A stretch of 64,000 bases of DNA. It comes from Pseudomonas fluorescens (GTDB lineage Bacteria; Pseudomonadota; Alphaproteobacteria; UBA2136; UBA6156). The position numbers and the translations under genes are program-made. Below are positions 1-9,814 of the stretch, piece after piece. Where the stretch lies: assembly GCA_003241595.1 (NCBI GenBank), contig QFOU01000001.1:2757-66756 (forward strand), read 5' to 3'. Positions within the stretch are counted from its first letter, which is position 1, and each line of letters opens with the position of its first letter. The notes below the pieces were generated by a model, which saw only the letters and a program-made list of their open reading frames with translations, did not search any database and had not been told where the DNA came from.

Positions 1-237
1 GGAAGGTGTGCGAGACCATATCGTAGGCAAAGGCGATGACCGCCAGTACCGAACCGATGATACCGAGCATGGAAAGTGTAAAGAAGTCAAAGAAATCGAT
101 ATTGATAGCGGCACGGGGCGGCAGCGCATTCTCGAAGGAGGGACTCTCGGCCTGCGGAGAGGCATAAGTACCATTGGACGCCAGGCTGGGCGCCGCAAAC
201 GGGGTTTCGGGCAGCGGATTTTGTGTGTTCATTGCGC
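1..237 (-). CDS. 5'-partial CDS running off the window start; hydrophobic membrane-protein-like fragment (MNTQNPLPETPFAAPSLASNGTYASPQAESPSFENALPPRAAINIDFFDFFTLSMLGIIGSVLAVIAFAYDMVSHTF...)
   Basis: Manual translation of the minus strand from ATG at 237 stays open to position 1. Predicted TM helix. GC3 moderately high. Not in the ORF track because it lacks an in-window stop. Confidence 0.3.
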
Positions 238-372
238 CACGGGTCTCTTCTTCAGGTTGCTGAGTGCGCAGAGGTCATCTTGCCAAGCCTTTGGGTGTCT
301 GACCATTCTTCCGCTAGGTGTCATAATACTATGTGACAAACACTCGGCAACCCAAGGATCACTATTCCACTT

Positions 373-3300
373 ATGGCTAATGACCAAATGGCAACAGTTA
401 AGGTTGCGCTGCCCCAAGGGGGGCAACGTGCTGTTTATCATATTAAACCGCATGACACGATCGACCTGAGCGCACTGAACCTTGGTCAGAACCGCATTGA
501 CCTGCTGGGTGCCGACGTGGTGCTGACCAATACACAGACCAAATCCACCATTGTTTTGGCCCAGTTGGCGCTGTACCTCTTCTCGGATGAGGATGCACCC
601 ACCCTGCTTGGCCCGAACGGTCAGGAGCTGTCTCCGGAGAGCATGCTCTCTCACATCGGCAAGGTGTGGGAGTTTACGGCACGCGACTATCTGGGCATTA
701 CCAGCCTTGAAAAAGTGAATGATGCCGAATCGGCCAACGAAGGTAATAAAGCGGCTCTGGCCGAAAAGGTGGAAGCGGCTTCACCGACTCCACCCGTTGT
801 ACAGAACCCCCCTGCCGAACCACCGCCGTTGGATACCAAAAAATACGACAATCTCCTTGAGATGCCCAAGGCCGCCAGTGGCAGCGGCATGTTCTCGATT
901 CCGCCGCGCGTGGCCACCGAGACACCTGAAAAGCCACCGGAAGACCCACAACAGCCCGGCCTGACGTTTACCTTTGAAGCACGCCTGCTGCAGCCCGGTT
1001 ATATCACCACCCCATTATCGGCCACCGTTGATGAGGTCCGTGGTGGTGGCGCATTTGAAACCGCGGCGTATGATGACCGTAACACCACGCAGTACTCGCA
1101 GGAGATCATTGATGTTTCGCCCGGCAACAAGGGCGAGTATGTCATTTATGCGGATGACCCGACCTATTTCACCGATACCACAGCCACGCGCATCATTGAA
1201 TTAACCCCCTATATGCCGGATGGCTTTATCTCCAAGAGCATTGTCATTTCGGGATTACCGGCCGGGTTTTCGATCATCGGCGCCACTCTGGTGGGGAGCG
1301 ACTGGGTACTAAACACCCCCACCTTACTGAGCAACGGTACTATTCGTCTGCCTGTCGTTTACCCGACCGGTACACCGGAAAGTTTTACACTCTCCATCAA
1401 CTTCACGGCTTCGTTCGATGCTTCGACCGGACTTGCCACGCCGGCGTCAGGGGAAATCTCCTACACGATCACGCGGGATGTTGAGACCAAGGTGGTTACC
1501 GTTCCTGCTGACGGCAACCACTTCGACAGCAATGGCAAGCTCATCTGGGCCATGGCGCTGAATGAAAACGGTACCAAGATCCTCGGCGGCGAAAAGACCA
1601 TCACCGTGTATGGCGGTAAAGGTAATGATGAAGTTACTGCAGGCAGTGGCAACGACACCCTTTATGGTGGCAAAGGTAACGATATTCTCAACGGCGGTGG
1701 CGGGAACGACTTCTTACAAGGTGGTGAGGGTAATGACATCCTCATCGGCGGGGCGGGCAACGACACCGCCGACTACACCGACAAAACGCAAGATGTGACG
1801 ATTGACCTGGCAGCGTTAAGCATCGGGCGTTCGACCGCATACGTGAATGGTGTGGCCGAAGACGAGCTTGAGGGTATTGAACACCTGAACGGCGGCACCG
1901 GGAATGACACGTTCTACGGTGACCATGCCGACAACTTCCTGCGCGGCGGCGACGGCAACGACACGCTGATGGGTCGGGGCGGAAATGACATTCTGGATGG
2001 TGGCAACGGCAATGACACCGTAAGCTATGCCTATGCCAGCAACGGCGTGACCGTGACCCTCAACAACGGCAATGCCGTGGTGAATGTTGCGACCGGCGAC
2101 AATGATGAATTACGGTCGATTGAGAACATCATCGGCAGCAACTACAACGATACCCTGCAGGGTGATGCGAATGCGAACATCTTGCAAGGTGGTGGCGGTG
2201 ACGACACGTTTATCTTTAGTGCGGGCGCCGATGTGATTGATGGCGGCACCGGCCGGAATACCCTCGACCTTTCGACCGCAGCGGCTGCGGTAACTCTTGA
2301 TATGAGTACGGTCAATGGGGGTGGGTATTCAACTCTGACCTCTGGTAGCAATGTACAAACGGTTCGGAATATCCAAGTTGTACAGGGGAGCAACCACAAT
2401 GACGTGATTACCGGCTCGGCCGCGAACGACCAGATCTCGGGCGGTGCGGGCAACGACACCCTTGATGGTAGTGATGGTGACGATGTGATTTACGGTGGGG
2501 TTGGCAACAACACCCTGCACGGCGGGAGTGGCATTGACCAAGTCCGATTTGATGACCTCACCACAGCGGTGACAGTTACCTTAAGCAGCGCGGGTACGGG
2601 AACCGCCACGGGTACGAGCGGCACCAGTACCTTTGACGGATTTGAACAGGTTTACCTGACCAACCAAGCCGATACGATTACGGAATCGACCGGTGCGGAC
2701 GCCCTCTTCGGTTTGAACGGCAATGATACGTTCATCATGCTGGCAGGCGACAGCGCGAACGATACATTTGATGGCGGCAACGGCGTGGACACCGTCGATT
2801 ACTCTGCGGCTAGTGCCAACCTGGATATTAACCTGACCACTGGAATTGCCACCGGCCTTGGCACCGATACGCTGGTGAGCATTGAAAACATTGTGGGGGG
2901 AAGCGGCAATGATACCGTGCGGGGTACGGTTGCGGCTGCCAACACGCTCGATGGTGGTGCGGGTGCGAATACGTTGTCATATGACTATCTCACCTTATCT
3001 CGGATCGTCGCGAATTTCAGTACCGTCAACGGGAGTGGCTTTGCCACCGTAACGACCTATAACCCCTCCAACACATTGACGGATACTGATTTAGTCAAGA
3101 ATTTCCAAACCGTGTATGGCGGTGGTGGCAATGATGCGTTTACTGGAAACGGCACGGGCCAGACATTTTATGGCGGAGAGGGCAATGATACGTTCTACGC
3201 CTCGGCCGGGAATGATATTTTCCATGGTGGTAACGGCTCGGACACTGTGGATTACACGACGCGCAGCGAGAACATGACTGCTACACTGGATGCAAGCGGA

Positions 3301-4596
3301 AACGCAACCGTGACTTTTAACGGCATCAGCAAGACCGATACCCTGACCGGTATTGAGAATATCACGGGCGGTAGCGGCAACGACACCATTACCGGTAACG
3401 ACAACGGCAACACTCTGCGCGGCGGTGCCGGGAACGACACCATTACAGGTGGTGCCGGCAACGACTTTATTTACGGTGGTGATGGCAACGATACTCTGTT
3501 TGGGGGCGGTGGCGACGATACCTTCTATGGCGACTTGGGAGACGATACCATTGATGGTGGCACTGGTACTAATACATTGGATTTTTCGGCCATTACGACC
3601 AGTGTGACCATAAACCAGGCCGCTGGAACTGCGGTGGGTACGGGGATTGGGAGTGATACGTTCACGAACATCCACCGCTTTATCGGCGGTTCCGCCAACG
3701 ACAACTTTACCGGAACAAGTGGCAACGATTACTTCAATGGTAATAGTGGTGCCGACATTGTCACCGCCACCAACGGTAACGATACCTACGTGAACGTGGA
3801 GCAATATGGCGCGGCGAGCTATAATGCCCGCATTGTTGCGGACATGGTGGCCGGGACGGTTCAGAAATATCTGGCAAATGCCAGCACCGTTACATGGACT
3901 GATACGTTGGTACCGTCAAATTTCGCCCACGTTTCCACCGGCAGCTATGACGATATAATCACGGGCAACACGTCTTCCAACAACATCAACACCGGTGCGG
4001 GCAATGATACGATATATGCGTCTCGCGGCAACGACAATTATAACGGAGGGAGTGGGACCGACAGCCTCTATTACACCACCCTGGGTGGCAATATCATACA
4101 GAGCCTTGTGACACATACGATTAGTAAAAACGTGGATAACAGTACCGATACGATTCAGCTTTCCGGCAGTCTTGCCACCATTGAAAATATCTATGCAGGT
4201 AGTGGAAATGATACCTTCTTAACCAATGTATCCGGTCTTTCTGCGTATAGCCGGATTGATGGTGGTGGAGGCACCGATACGGTGTCCTTCACCAGCGGGA
4301 CGTTGAATGTGGAAGCCAATAGCTTTGCCAACGTGTTCAAGAACATTGAAGTTCTCGACCTGCGGAATGCCACCTTGGCGGGGGGCGATTCCTTCCAGAT
4401 CACAGCCGCCGATATCATCAACATGACCAGCGCGCGCAGCCTGACCATGCAGGTGACGAACGGCTTTAGTGCGGCCGTGAGTGCTGGCACCGGTTATACC
4501 ATTGCCAGCGACACGAGCAGTGGCAACACGCGGACCGTGGTGTTCAGTAAGAGTGGTGAGAGCAACGTCACACTGAACATGATGACCTACTCGTAG
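373..4596 (+). CDS. Large RTX-family (hemolysin-type calcium-binding repeat) protein, type I secretion substrate
   Basis: Dozens of tandem GGxGxDxUx nonapeptides (GGKGNDEV, GSGNDTLY, GGKGNDIL, GGGGNDFL, GGEGNDIL...). Acidic, Gly/Asp-rich. Non-cleaved C-terminal secretion-signal-like tail. Non-repeat N-terminal roughly 400 aa domain. Immediately upstream of a T1SS ABC/MFP pair. The true start may be downstream of 373. Confidence 0.85.
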   Translation: MANDQMATVKVALPQGGQRAVYHIKPHDTIDLSALNLGQNRIDLLGADVVLTNTQTKSTIVLAQLALYLFSDEDAPTLLGPNGQELSPESMLSHIGKVWEFTARDYLGITSLEKVNDAESANEGNKAALAEKVEAASPTPPVVQNPPAEPPPLDTKKYDNLLEMPKAASGSGMFSIPPRVATETPEKPPEDPQQPGLTFTFEARLLQPGYITTPLSATVDEVRGGGAFETAAYDDRNTTQYSQEIIDVSPGNKGEYVIYADDPTYFTDTTATRIIELTPYMPDGFISKSIVISGLPAGFSIIGATLVGSDWVLNTPTLLSNGTIRLPVVYPTGTPESFTLSINFTASFDASTGLATPASGEISYTITRDVETKVVTVPADGNHFDSNGKLIWAMALNENGTKILGGEKTITVYGGKGNDEVTAGSGNDTLYGGKGNDILNGGGGNDFLQGGEGNDILIGGAGNDTADYTDKTQDVTIDLAALSIGRSTAYVNGVAEDELEGIEHLNGGTGNDTFYGDHADNFLRGGDGNDTLMGRGGNDILDGGNGNDTVSYAYASNGVTVTLNNGNAVVNVATGDNDELRSIENIIGSNYNDTLQGDANANILQGGGGDDTFIFSAGADVIDGGTGRNTLDLSTAAAAVTLDMSTVNGGGYSTLTSGSNVQTVRNIQVVQGSNHNDVITGSAANDQISGGAGNDTLDGSDGDDVIYGGVGNNTLHGGSGIDQVRFDDLTTAVTVTLSSAGTGTATGTSGTSTFDGFEQVYLTNQADTITESTGADALFGLNGNDTFIMLAGDSANDTFDGGNGVDTVDYSAASANLDINLTTGIATGLGTDTLVSIENIVGGSGNDTVRGTVAAANTLDGGAGANTLSYDYLTLSRIVANFSTVNGSGFATVTTYNPSNTLTDTDLVKNFQTVYGGGGNDAFTGNGTGQTFYGGEGNDTFYASAGNDIFHGGNGSDTVDYTTRSENMTATLDASGNATVTFNGISKTDTLTGIENITGGSGNDTITGNDNGNTLRGGAGNDTITGGAGNDFIYGGDGNDTLFGGGGDDTFYGDLGDDTIDGGTGTNTLDFSAITTSVTINQAAGTAVGTGIGSDTFTNIHRFIGGSANDNFTGTSGNDYFNGNSGADIVTATNGNDTYVNVEQYGAASYNARIVADMVAGTVQKYLANASTVTWTDTLVPSNFAHVSTGSYDDIITGNTSSNNINTGAGNDTIYASRGNDNYNGGSGTDSLYYTTLGGNIIQSLVTHTISKNVDNSTDTIQLSGSLATIENIYAGSGNDTFLTNVSGLSAYSRIDGGGGTDTVSFTSGTLNVEANSFANVFKNIEVLDLRNATLAGGDSFQITAADIINMTSARSLTMQVTNGFSAAVSAGTGYTIASDTSSGNTRTVVFSKSGESNVTLNMMTYS

Positions 4597-4657
4597 GCAT
4601 TTGCCTGCATGTAGAAACCATTAGGGTTTTGCCAGCGCAGGCGCTTACGCCTATGGT

Positions 4658-6778
4658 GTGCCCATGGCCGCACCACACCAACAACAAGACGACCAAACCC
4701 TTCTGCCTGCCGCATCTGCGGATGGCAGCGGCATTGCAACCTTACTTACCCTTGCCTGCGCACCGTTGGGTGTGCGTTTTCCGCAAGAGCTTTTACTGAG
4801 CCTGCAGGGCACGACCCGATTTTTAGCTACACCTGAAGACCTTAACCTTCTGTTGGTGCACGCTGGTTTTGATGTTGATCTGACCTCGGGAACCGCATTG
4901 CCAGATGGCTTGCCCGTGCTGGTTTGGACTGGGAGCGAAGGGCCTTGGTTACGGTTGTCCAACGGTCAGTGGCATGATGTTCAGGGCTCTGCCTGCGTTG
5001 CGCCCGCACTACCGGGCACCCTGCGGCTTCTGACCTTGCGTGGACTGCGTGATTCGGCCACTCAGGAGGATATCAGTGTCCGCAGCATTCTGGCCGGCTA
5101 TAAACCCGAGTTGGTGCGCGTGGCCGGTATTGGCGTTCTGCTCAATGCCGTAGGTCTGGCCGTTCCGTTATTCAGTATGGCCATTTATGACCGTGTTCTG
5201 CCCGTGGGTGCCATTCGGACCCTGTGGTTGCTGGCCGTGGGGGTAGGGCTGGTATTGGCGCTGGATTTTGTTCTGCGCCTTGTACGTGCGCGCATGCTGG
5301 CGGCGCTTGCGCGGCGTTCCCACCTCACCCATGACGGGCCGATGTTGACCCTGCTGTTGCGTCAGCGCGGCACCGGCACCCGCTGGGGCGAGCAGCTTGA
5401 GATGATGCGTCTCTCCCATGACGTTCGCGAGCAAGTGATCATGCACGTGTTGCCGACAGTCGCCGATATTCCCTTCGTACTGCTGTTCCTGTTTACCATT
5501 GCAATGGTGGCCCCGTCCCTGCTGCCAGTTCCGCTTGTGTTGCTGGCGCTGACGTTGATCGTGCAGGCGGGGATCTTGCCGCGGTTGCGGATTATGGCGG
5601 TACGGCAAGCCAATGCACAGCAGCGACGGGCGCAGGTATTGCTGGAATTGTTGCGGAGTTCGGTGATCACGCGTTTGACCAACCGCCAGCATGAGACTCT
5701 CTCCCGCTGGAACGTGGAAGCCGCCAAGGTGACCGAGGCCGAAGAACAAGGGCACTTTTGGACGAGCTTTGGACAGAGCCTGACCATTTGTGTGGCGCAG
5801 CTCAGCTTTGTGGTGATGTTGATCGCAGGGGCGGAGTTAGTGATGAACGGTTACCTGACAGTAGGTGCGCTGGTCGCGTCTTCGCTCTTGTGTAGTCGGG
5901 CGATTACGCCGGCTCTGCACCTGGTGGATACGGCCGCGCGTATCCAGAATATTCGTGCCAGCATGGCCCTGTTAAAAAAAGGATTAACGTGGCCCTTGGA
6001 GCCGTTAACTTTGGCTGATGGAACTCTGGAAACACTTCCGAAATGCCACGGTGAAGTGCTGCTGGCGAATGTGTCGGTAAAAGCGGGTCCGACCGATTCA
6101 CACGGAATTTTGCGCGGTATCAGCTTGCGTTTAGGGGCGGGTGAGCGCTGGGCCATTGTCGGTGGTGTGGGTGCGGGTAAATCGACCTTGTTGCATGTCT
6201 TGGCGGCAATGGTGGAGACCAGTGACGGTGATGTACGGTTGGATGGCGTGGGGTATTCGCACATGCCGGTCACGGAGATACGGCGGCATGTTAGCCTGGT
6301 GAGTCAGACCCCTGTATTTGCCGATGTGAGTCTTCGGGAGACCATTGCCGGTATGCGACCGGTGAATGAGGCGCGCCTGCATGAGGCACTGGAGATCAGC
6401 GGTTTTGGTGGTGTGATGGCGCAGAATGGCTTTGGTCTTGAGATGTGTCCCGGGCCGAATGCCGAGCGTCTTTCCGGTGGTCAACGCCATATGCTGGCAA
6501 TGGCGGCGGCGATCTATGCGCGTCCCAAAGTACTGTTGCTGGATGAGCCGACCAGCCCGTTCGACCCGGATGCCGAACTGGCCTTCTGCGCCCGTTTAAA
6601 ACCGTGGCTGGAACGCACACAGACGACGCTGGTACTTGTGACCCACCGTGACGCGTTGCTCTCCCTCGTTGATTATGTGGCCGTGCTGGTGCAAGGCCGG
6701 TTGATCGCCGGTGGTGACAAGCATCAGGTGATGAAGCAATTGCAGGCTCCTGCGTCTTCCAAGAAGAAAGTGGCCTAG
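4658..6778 (+). CDS. Type I secretion system ABC transporter (HlyB-like) with N-terminal C39-like domain, TMD and NBD
   Basis: Walker A GGVGAGKST, ABC signature LSGGQRHML, Walker B VLLLDEP. Six-TM core. A roughly 130 aa N-terminal domain resembling a degenerate C39 peptidase-like domain. Sits between the RTX substrate and an HlyD-type gene. Confidence 0.9.
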   Translation: MPMAAPHQQQDDQTLLPAASADGSGIATLLTLACAPLGVRFPQELLLSLQGTTRFLATPEDLNLLLVHAGFDVDLTSGTALPDGLPVLVWTGSEGPWLRLSNGQWHDVQGSACVAPALPGTLRLLTLRGLRDSATQEDISVRSILAGYKPELVRVAGIGVLLNAVGLAVPLFSMAIYDRVLPVGAIRTLWLLAVGVGLVLALDFVLRLVRARMLAALARRSHLTHDGPMLTLLLRQRGTGTRWGEQLEMMRLSHDVREQVIMHVLPTVADIPFVLLFLFTIAMVAPSLLPVPLVLLALTLIVQAGILPRLRIMAVRQANAQQRRAQVLLELLRSSVITRLTNRQHETLSRWNVEAAKVTEAEEQGHFWTSFGQSLTICVAQLSFVVMLIAGAELVMNGYLTVGALVASSLLCSRAITPALHLVDTAARIQNIRASMALLKKGLTWPLEPLTLADGTLETLPKCHGEVLLANVSVKAGPTDSHGILRGISLRLGAGERWAIVGGVGAGKSTLLHVLAAMVETSDGDVRLDGVGYSHMPVTEIRRHVSLVSQTPVFADVSLRETIAGMRPVNEARLHEALEISGFGGVMAQNGFGLEMCPGPNAERLSGGQRHMLAMAAAIYARPKVLLLDEPTSPFDPDAELAFCARLKPWLERTQTTLVLVTHRDALLSLVDYVAVLVQGRLIAGGDKHQVMKQLQAPASSKKKVA

Positions 6779-6781
6779 CTC

Positions 6782-8038
6782 ATGGCACGCATGACCCCCC
6801 TCACCCTGACCGCGTGCACCCTTGGCCTCGGGCTTGCTGCATGGATCACATGGGCGCCGCTGGATGAAGTGGTGCGCGGCATGGGACATATTATTCCTCA
6901 GGCGCGGACACAAACCATTCAGCACCTTGAAGGGGGCATCATTGACGCCATTCTGGTGCAGGAAGGCCAGGTGGTGGACAAGGGTGCACCGATGTTCCGT
7001 ATTCATGACCAGACCGCCCGTACCGCGCGCGATGAACAGGCGATTGGTTTGCAGGCGTTGATGTTTAAGCGCACCCGTCTGGAGGCCGAGCAAAATGGCT
7101 TGGCCAAGCCCGCATTCAACCCCACCGATGTGCAGGAACGCCCCGACCTTGCCCAGAACGAGCAACAGCTCTTTGATGCGCGACGCGATGATTTCCGGCG
7201 CCAGCAAGAGATCCTGCGCGAGCAGCAGCATCAGAAGAAATTACAGGCCGATGATGCCACGGTGCAGGTGACGAATTTGCGGGAAGAACTGGCGACCGCA
7301 CGGAAGCAATTGGGCATCAACCAGAAGCTCCGTGACAGCGGTGCGCTCTCGGAAAGCCGGTTGCTGGAAACGCAGGCGCAGGTGCAGCAACTGGAAACCC
7401 GGATTGCAACTGCAGAGGGGCAGATTCCGGTTTTGCGGGCCGCGCTTTCGGAATTGAGTAAACGCGAGAGCCAGTTGAACGAAGAGCGGTTGAGCAAAAT
7501 TGCTGATGAACTAAGTACGGTGAATGTGCAGCTTAAGCAATATGAAGAGCGCGATAAATCGCTAGGTGACCGTTTGGATCGGACCGTGGTGGTGGCTCCT
7601 GCCAATGGGGTGATCAACCGTTTGATGGTGACGACAGTAGGTGGTGTTGTGCAGCCGGGTGCGGCCCTCGCCGAACTGACGCCAACCGATGGGGCCTTGC
7701 TGGTAGAGGGCCGGGTTTCGGCGCGTGACCGGGCGCGTATTTGGAATGGCCAGCCCGTCACGGTACGTATCTCGGCCTACGATTACGCGAGTTACGGCAG
7801 CCTTGAAGGTGTGGTGCGCGATATCAGCGCCGACAGTTTACGCGATGAACAGGGCAATACGTTCTACCGAGTCACCATCAGTTTACCGGACAGTCATGCC
7901 GCGGCCAAAACGAAGACTGATACCCTTGCCAGTGCCAAACTGGTGCCGGGGATGACGGTGGACTTTTATGTTCGCGGGGAACGCAAGAGTGTGCTTTGGC
8001 AGGTGACGATGCCGTTCCGCCGGCTGTTCTTTTACTAA
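6782..8038 (+). CDS. Type I secretion membrane fusion protein, HlyD family
   Basis: N-terminal TM anchor. Long coiled-coil region (QQLETRIATAEGQIP...). C-terminal beta-barrel/lipoyl-like region. Translationally coupled 4 bp after the ABC gene. Confidence 0.9.
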   Translation: MARMTPLTLTACTLGLGLAAWITWAPLDEVVRGMGHIIPQARTQTIQHLEGGIIDAILVQEGQVVDKGAPMFRIHDQTARTARDEQAIGLQALMFKRTRLEAEQNGLAKPAFNPTDVQERPDLAQNEQQLFDARRDDFRRQQEILREQQHQKKLQADDATVQVTNLREELATARKQLGINQKLRDSGALSESRLLETQAQVQQLETRIATAEGQIPVLRAALSELSKRESQLNEERLSKIADELSTVNVQLKQYEERDKSLGDRLDRTVVVAPANGVINRLMVTTVGGVVQPGAALAELTPTDGALLVEGRVSARDRARIWNGQPVTVRISAYDYASYGSLEGVVRDISADSLRDEQGNTFYRVTISLPDSHAAAKTKTDTLASAKLVPGMTVDFYVRGERKSVLWQVTMPFRRLFFY

Positions 8039-8075
8039 AACCGTTTTACTTGACGGCTACGCCTTCCACACCAGC

Positions 8076-8705
8076 TTATTGAACAACCTTGCAACATACT
8101 GCGTAGGGCAAGACGCAGGCTTCGCCGCGCCAGCCAGCGCTGTAAGCATCGGCAACCCATCCATTCCCTTGCGGATGACTTGCGTGCAAGAAACCGGTTG
8201 AAGAACTACCACAAAGACCGCTGCCCGGTGTTTCGGCCATGGCACCCCCACCGGTCATCATTTCATCCGCAGCGCATCCTGCATAGCTTGCATTGGTACC
8301 GCCGCCGCCCTGCGAGATACGGCACTGCAAGCGGCCGATTCGAGGCGTGTTTGCAATACAATTGGTACCATTGAATGCGCCGCCACTCGCCGCACAGGAT
8401 ATGATCGAATTGATAGTATTTTGCATGGACGTGAGATCAACCGCAGTGACACAGCCCTCACTATCGGCACCGTTTATACCCGGGGCATACAGCATCTTCT
8501 TGCGGGAACAGACTACAATCTGATTAACCCGTACATCGACCATATCGGCTTTGTCGGCAGCGTTTTTCGCCATGCTTGACAGAGCGGTCCATGTCATCTG
8601 GTTTTCCAAGGACGAACCTGCGGTACGCTCTTGCGCCAAGGTAAAAGGTGCCAGCAATACCGCACTACAGATGACAGCGAGACCCCATAGATGATGGCTC
8701 TTCAT
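8076..8705 (-). CDS. Secreted cysteine/glycine-rich hypothetical protein with Sec signal peptide
   Basis: N-terminal signal peptide MKSHHLWGLAVICSAVLLAPFTLAQE. More than 12 Cys. Gly-rich (GGGG). Codon GC3 and overall GC (about 52%) lower than neighbours. Confidence 0.5.
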   Translation of the reverse strand: MKSHHLWGLAVICSAVLLAPFTLAQERTAGSSLENQMTWTALSSMAKNAADKADMVDVRVNQIVVCSRKKMLYAPGINGADSEGCVTAVDLTSMQNTINSIISCAASGGAFNGTNCIANTPRIGRLQCRISQGGGGTNASYAGCAADEMMTGGGAMAETPGSGLCGSSSTGFLHASHPQGNGWVADAYSAGWRGEACVLPYAVCCKVVQ

Positions 8706-8980
8706 GATTCTTCAATATCCTTTGCTGTTTCTTTTCCTGTTTATTTTTATAGGAGCTTATAGGGTTGCGTGCCATTCTTTCTTGACCAACCCCAGGCACT
8801 CTCAACCACGCGCCAATAGGAACGGCGAATAAAGAAGCACCTGACAACGCATAACAGCAGCTTGAGTGTGGGCATGTCGACTTCGGGCAATGACACCGGC
8901 AGGCTGATGCTGCGGTGAGGTAGCTTGCAATATAGAATATGGCCGTTCCGCAGGTTGTTCTTCTTTTCAATTTATAAAGT

Positions 8981-9694
8981 TTAGTCGCGCGGAGCCGAGG
9001 CCAGAACCGGCACCGTAATCACCAGCAAAAGCACACCAATCGGTATGGCGAAGCCCATGCCGAGCCAGAGGAAACCGAACGCCCCCACGACACTGCCGGT
9101 GATGAAGCTGAGAATCATCGTGGTGTTGACCTTGAGGCGGTAGTAGTTCGGTAACGGCAGCGGAATGTTATGAGTGGTACGGCGACGTGGTACGCAGCGG
9201 TAAATGAGGTGGCCGAGCTCGGTGGCGATATCGTTGAGGGTACCGGTATGGTGTGTTGTGCGCAGATTGGTGATAAGCCCGCCCGTGCCGTTTTGCAGGC
9301 CCATGAGCATGCCCAGCAGCATGATACCGCAGATGGGGATCTGCCATTCTGGTGGCATGAATAATCCGTAAAGACCGAAGATGATGATGAGAACTCCTTC
9401 GAACGCCAGTGGTAGGGCATAGCGGTGGTGGGGACGGTGGCGTTCTCCCCAGTTGACGAACAGGGAGGCGAGCACGGCACCGCCCATGAAGGAGATCACG
9501 CCGGTGACGGCGAGGATCAGGATATCCCAGTGGTGCAGCACCAACATATCGGCCGCGGTGGCGACCATACCGGTGAGATGCGAGGTGTATTGTCCGATGG
9601 CGAGGAAACCGCCGGCGTTGACGGCTCCGGCCAGTGTGGCGAGGAAGAGGCCGAGGCGGAAATCGGTTTTAGGAGTGCGGAGTGGGTGCAGCAT
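8981..9694 (-). CDS. DUF1275 (YoaK-like) family inner membrane protein
   Basis: Multi-TM protein whose N-terminus (FLATLAGAVNAGGFLAIGQYTSHLTG) is typical of the DUF1275/YoaK family. Confidence 0.75.
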   Translation of the reverse strand: MLHPLRTPKTDFRLGLFLATLAGAVNAGGFLAIGQYTSHLTGMVATAADMLVLHHWDILILAVTGVISFMGGAVLASLFVNWGERHRPHHRYALPLAFEGVLIIIFGLYGLFMPPEWQIPICGIMLLGMLMGLQNGTGGLITNLRTTHHTGTLNDIATELGHLIYRCVPRRRTTHNIPLPLPNYYRLKVNTTMILSFITGSVVGAFGFLWLGMGFAIPIGVLLLVITVPVLASAPRD

Positions 9695-9775
9695 AATGTT
9701 AGTTATTTGGTGTTTTAGGGGGTGGTGTCCAGCATTGGTCTCTTTCAGGCCAGTATTGAAGGAGCCGAGTGTGAC

Positions 9776-9797
9776 AAAACCCCCTGACGGGGGTTTT
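9776..9797. terminator. Rho-independent (bidirectional) terminator hairpin AAAACCCCC-TGAC-GGGGGTTTT downstream of actP
   Basis: Perfect inverted repeat with flanking A/T runs between the actP stop (9815, minus) and the DUF1275 start. Confidence 0.7.
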
Positions 9798-9814
9798 GTA
9801 CGGTTCCAGTAAGG

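Noticed and set aside
1600-4400. Apparent tandem DNA repeats that could mimic a CRISPR or satellite array
   Set aside because: The periodicity is 27 nt, imperfect and in-frame. It reflects the GGxGxDxUx nonapeptide repeats of the RTX protein, with no spacer/repeat alternation.
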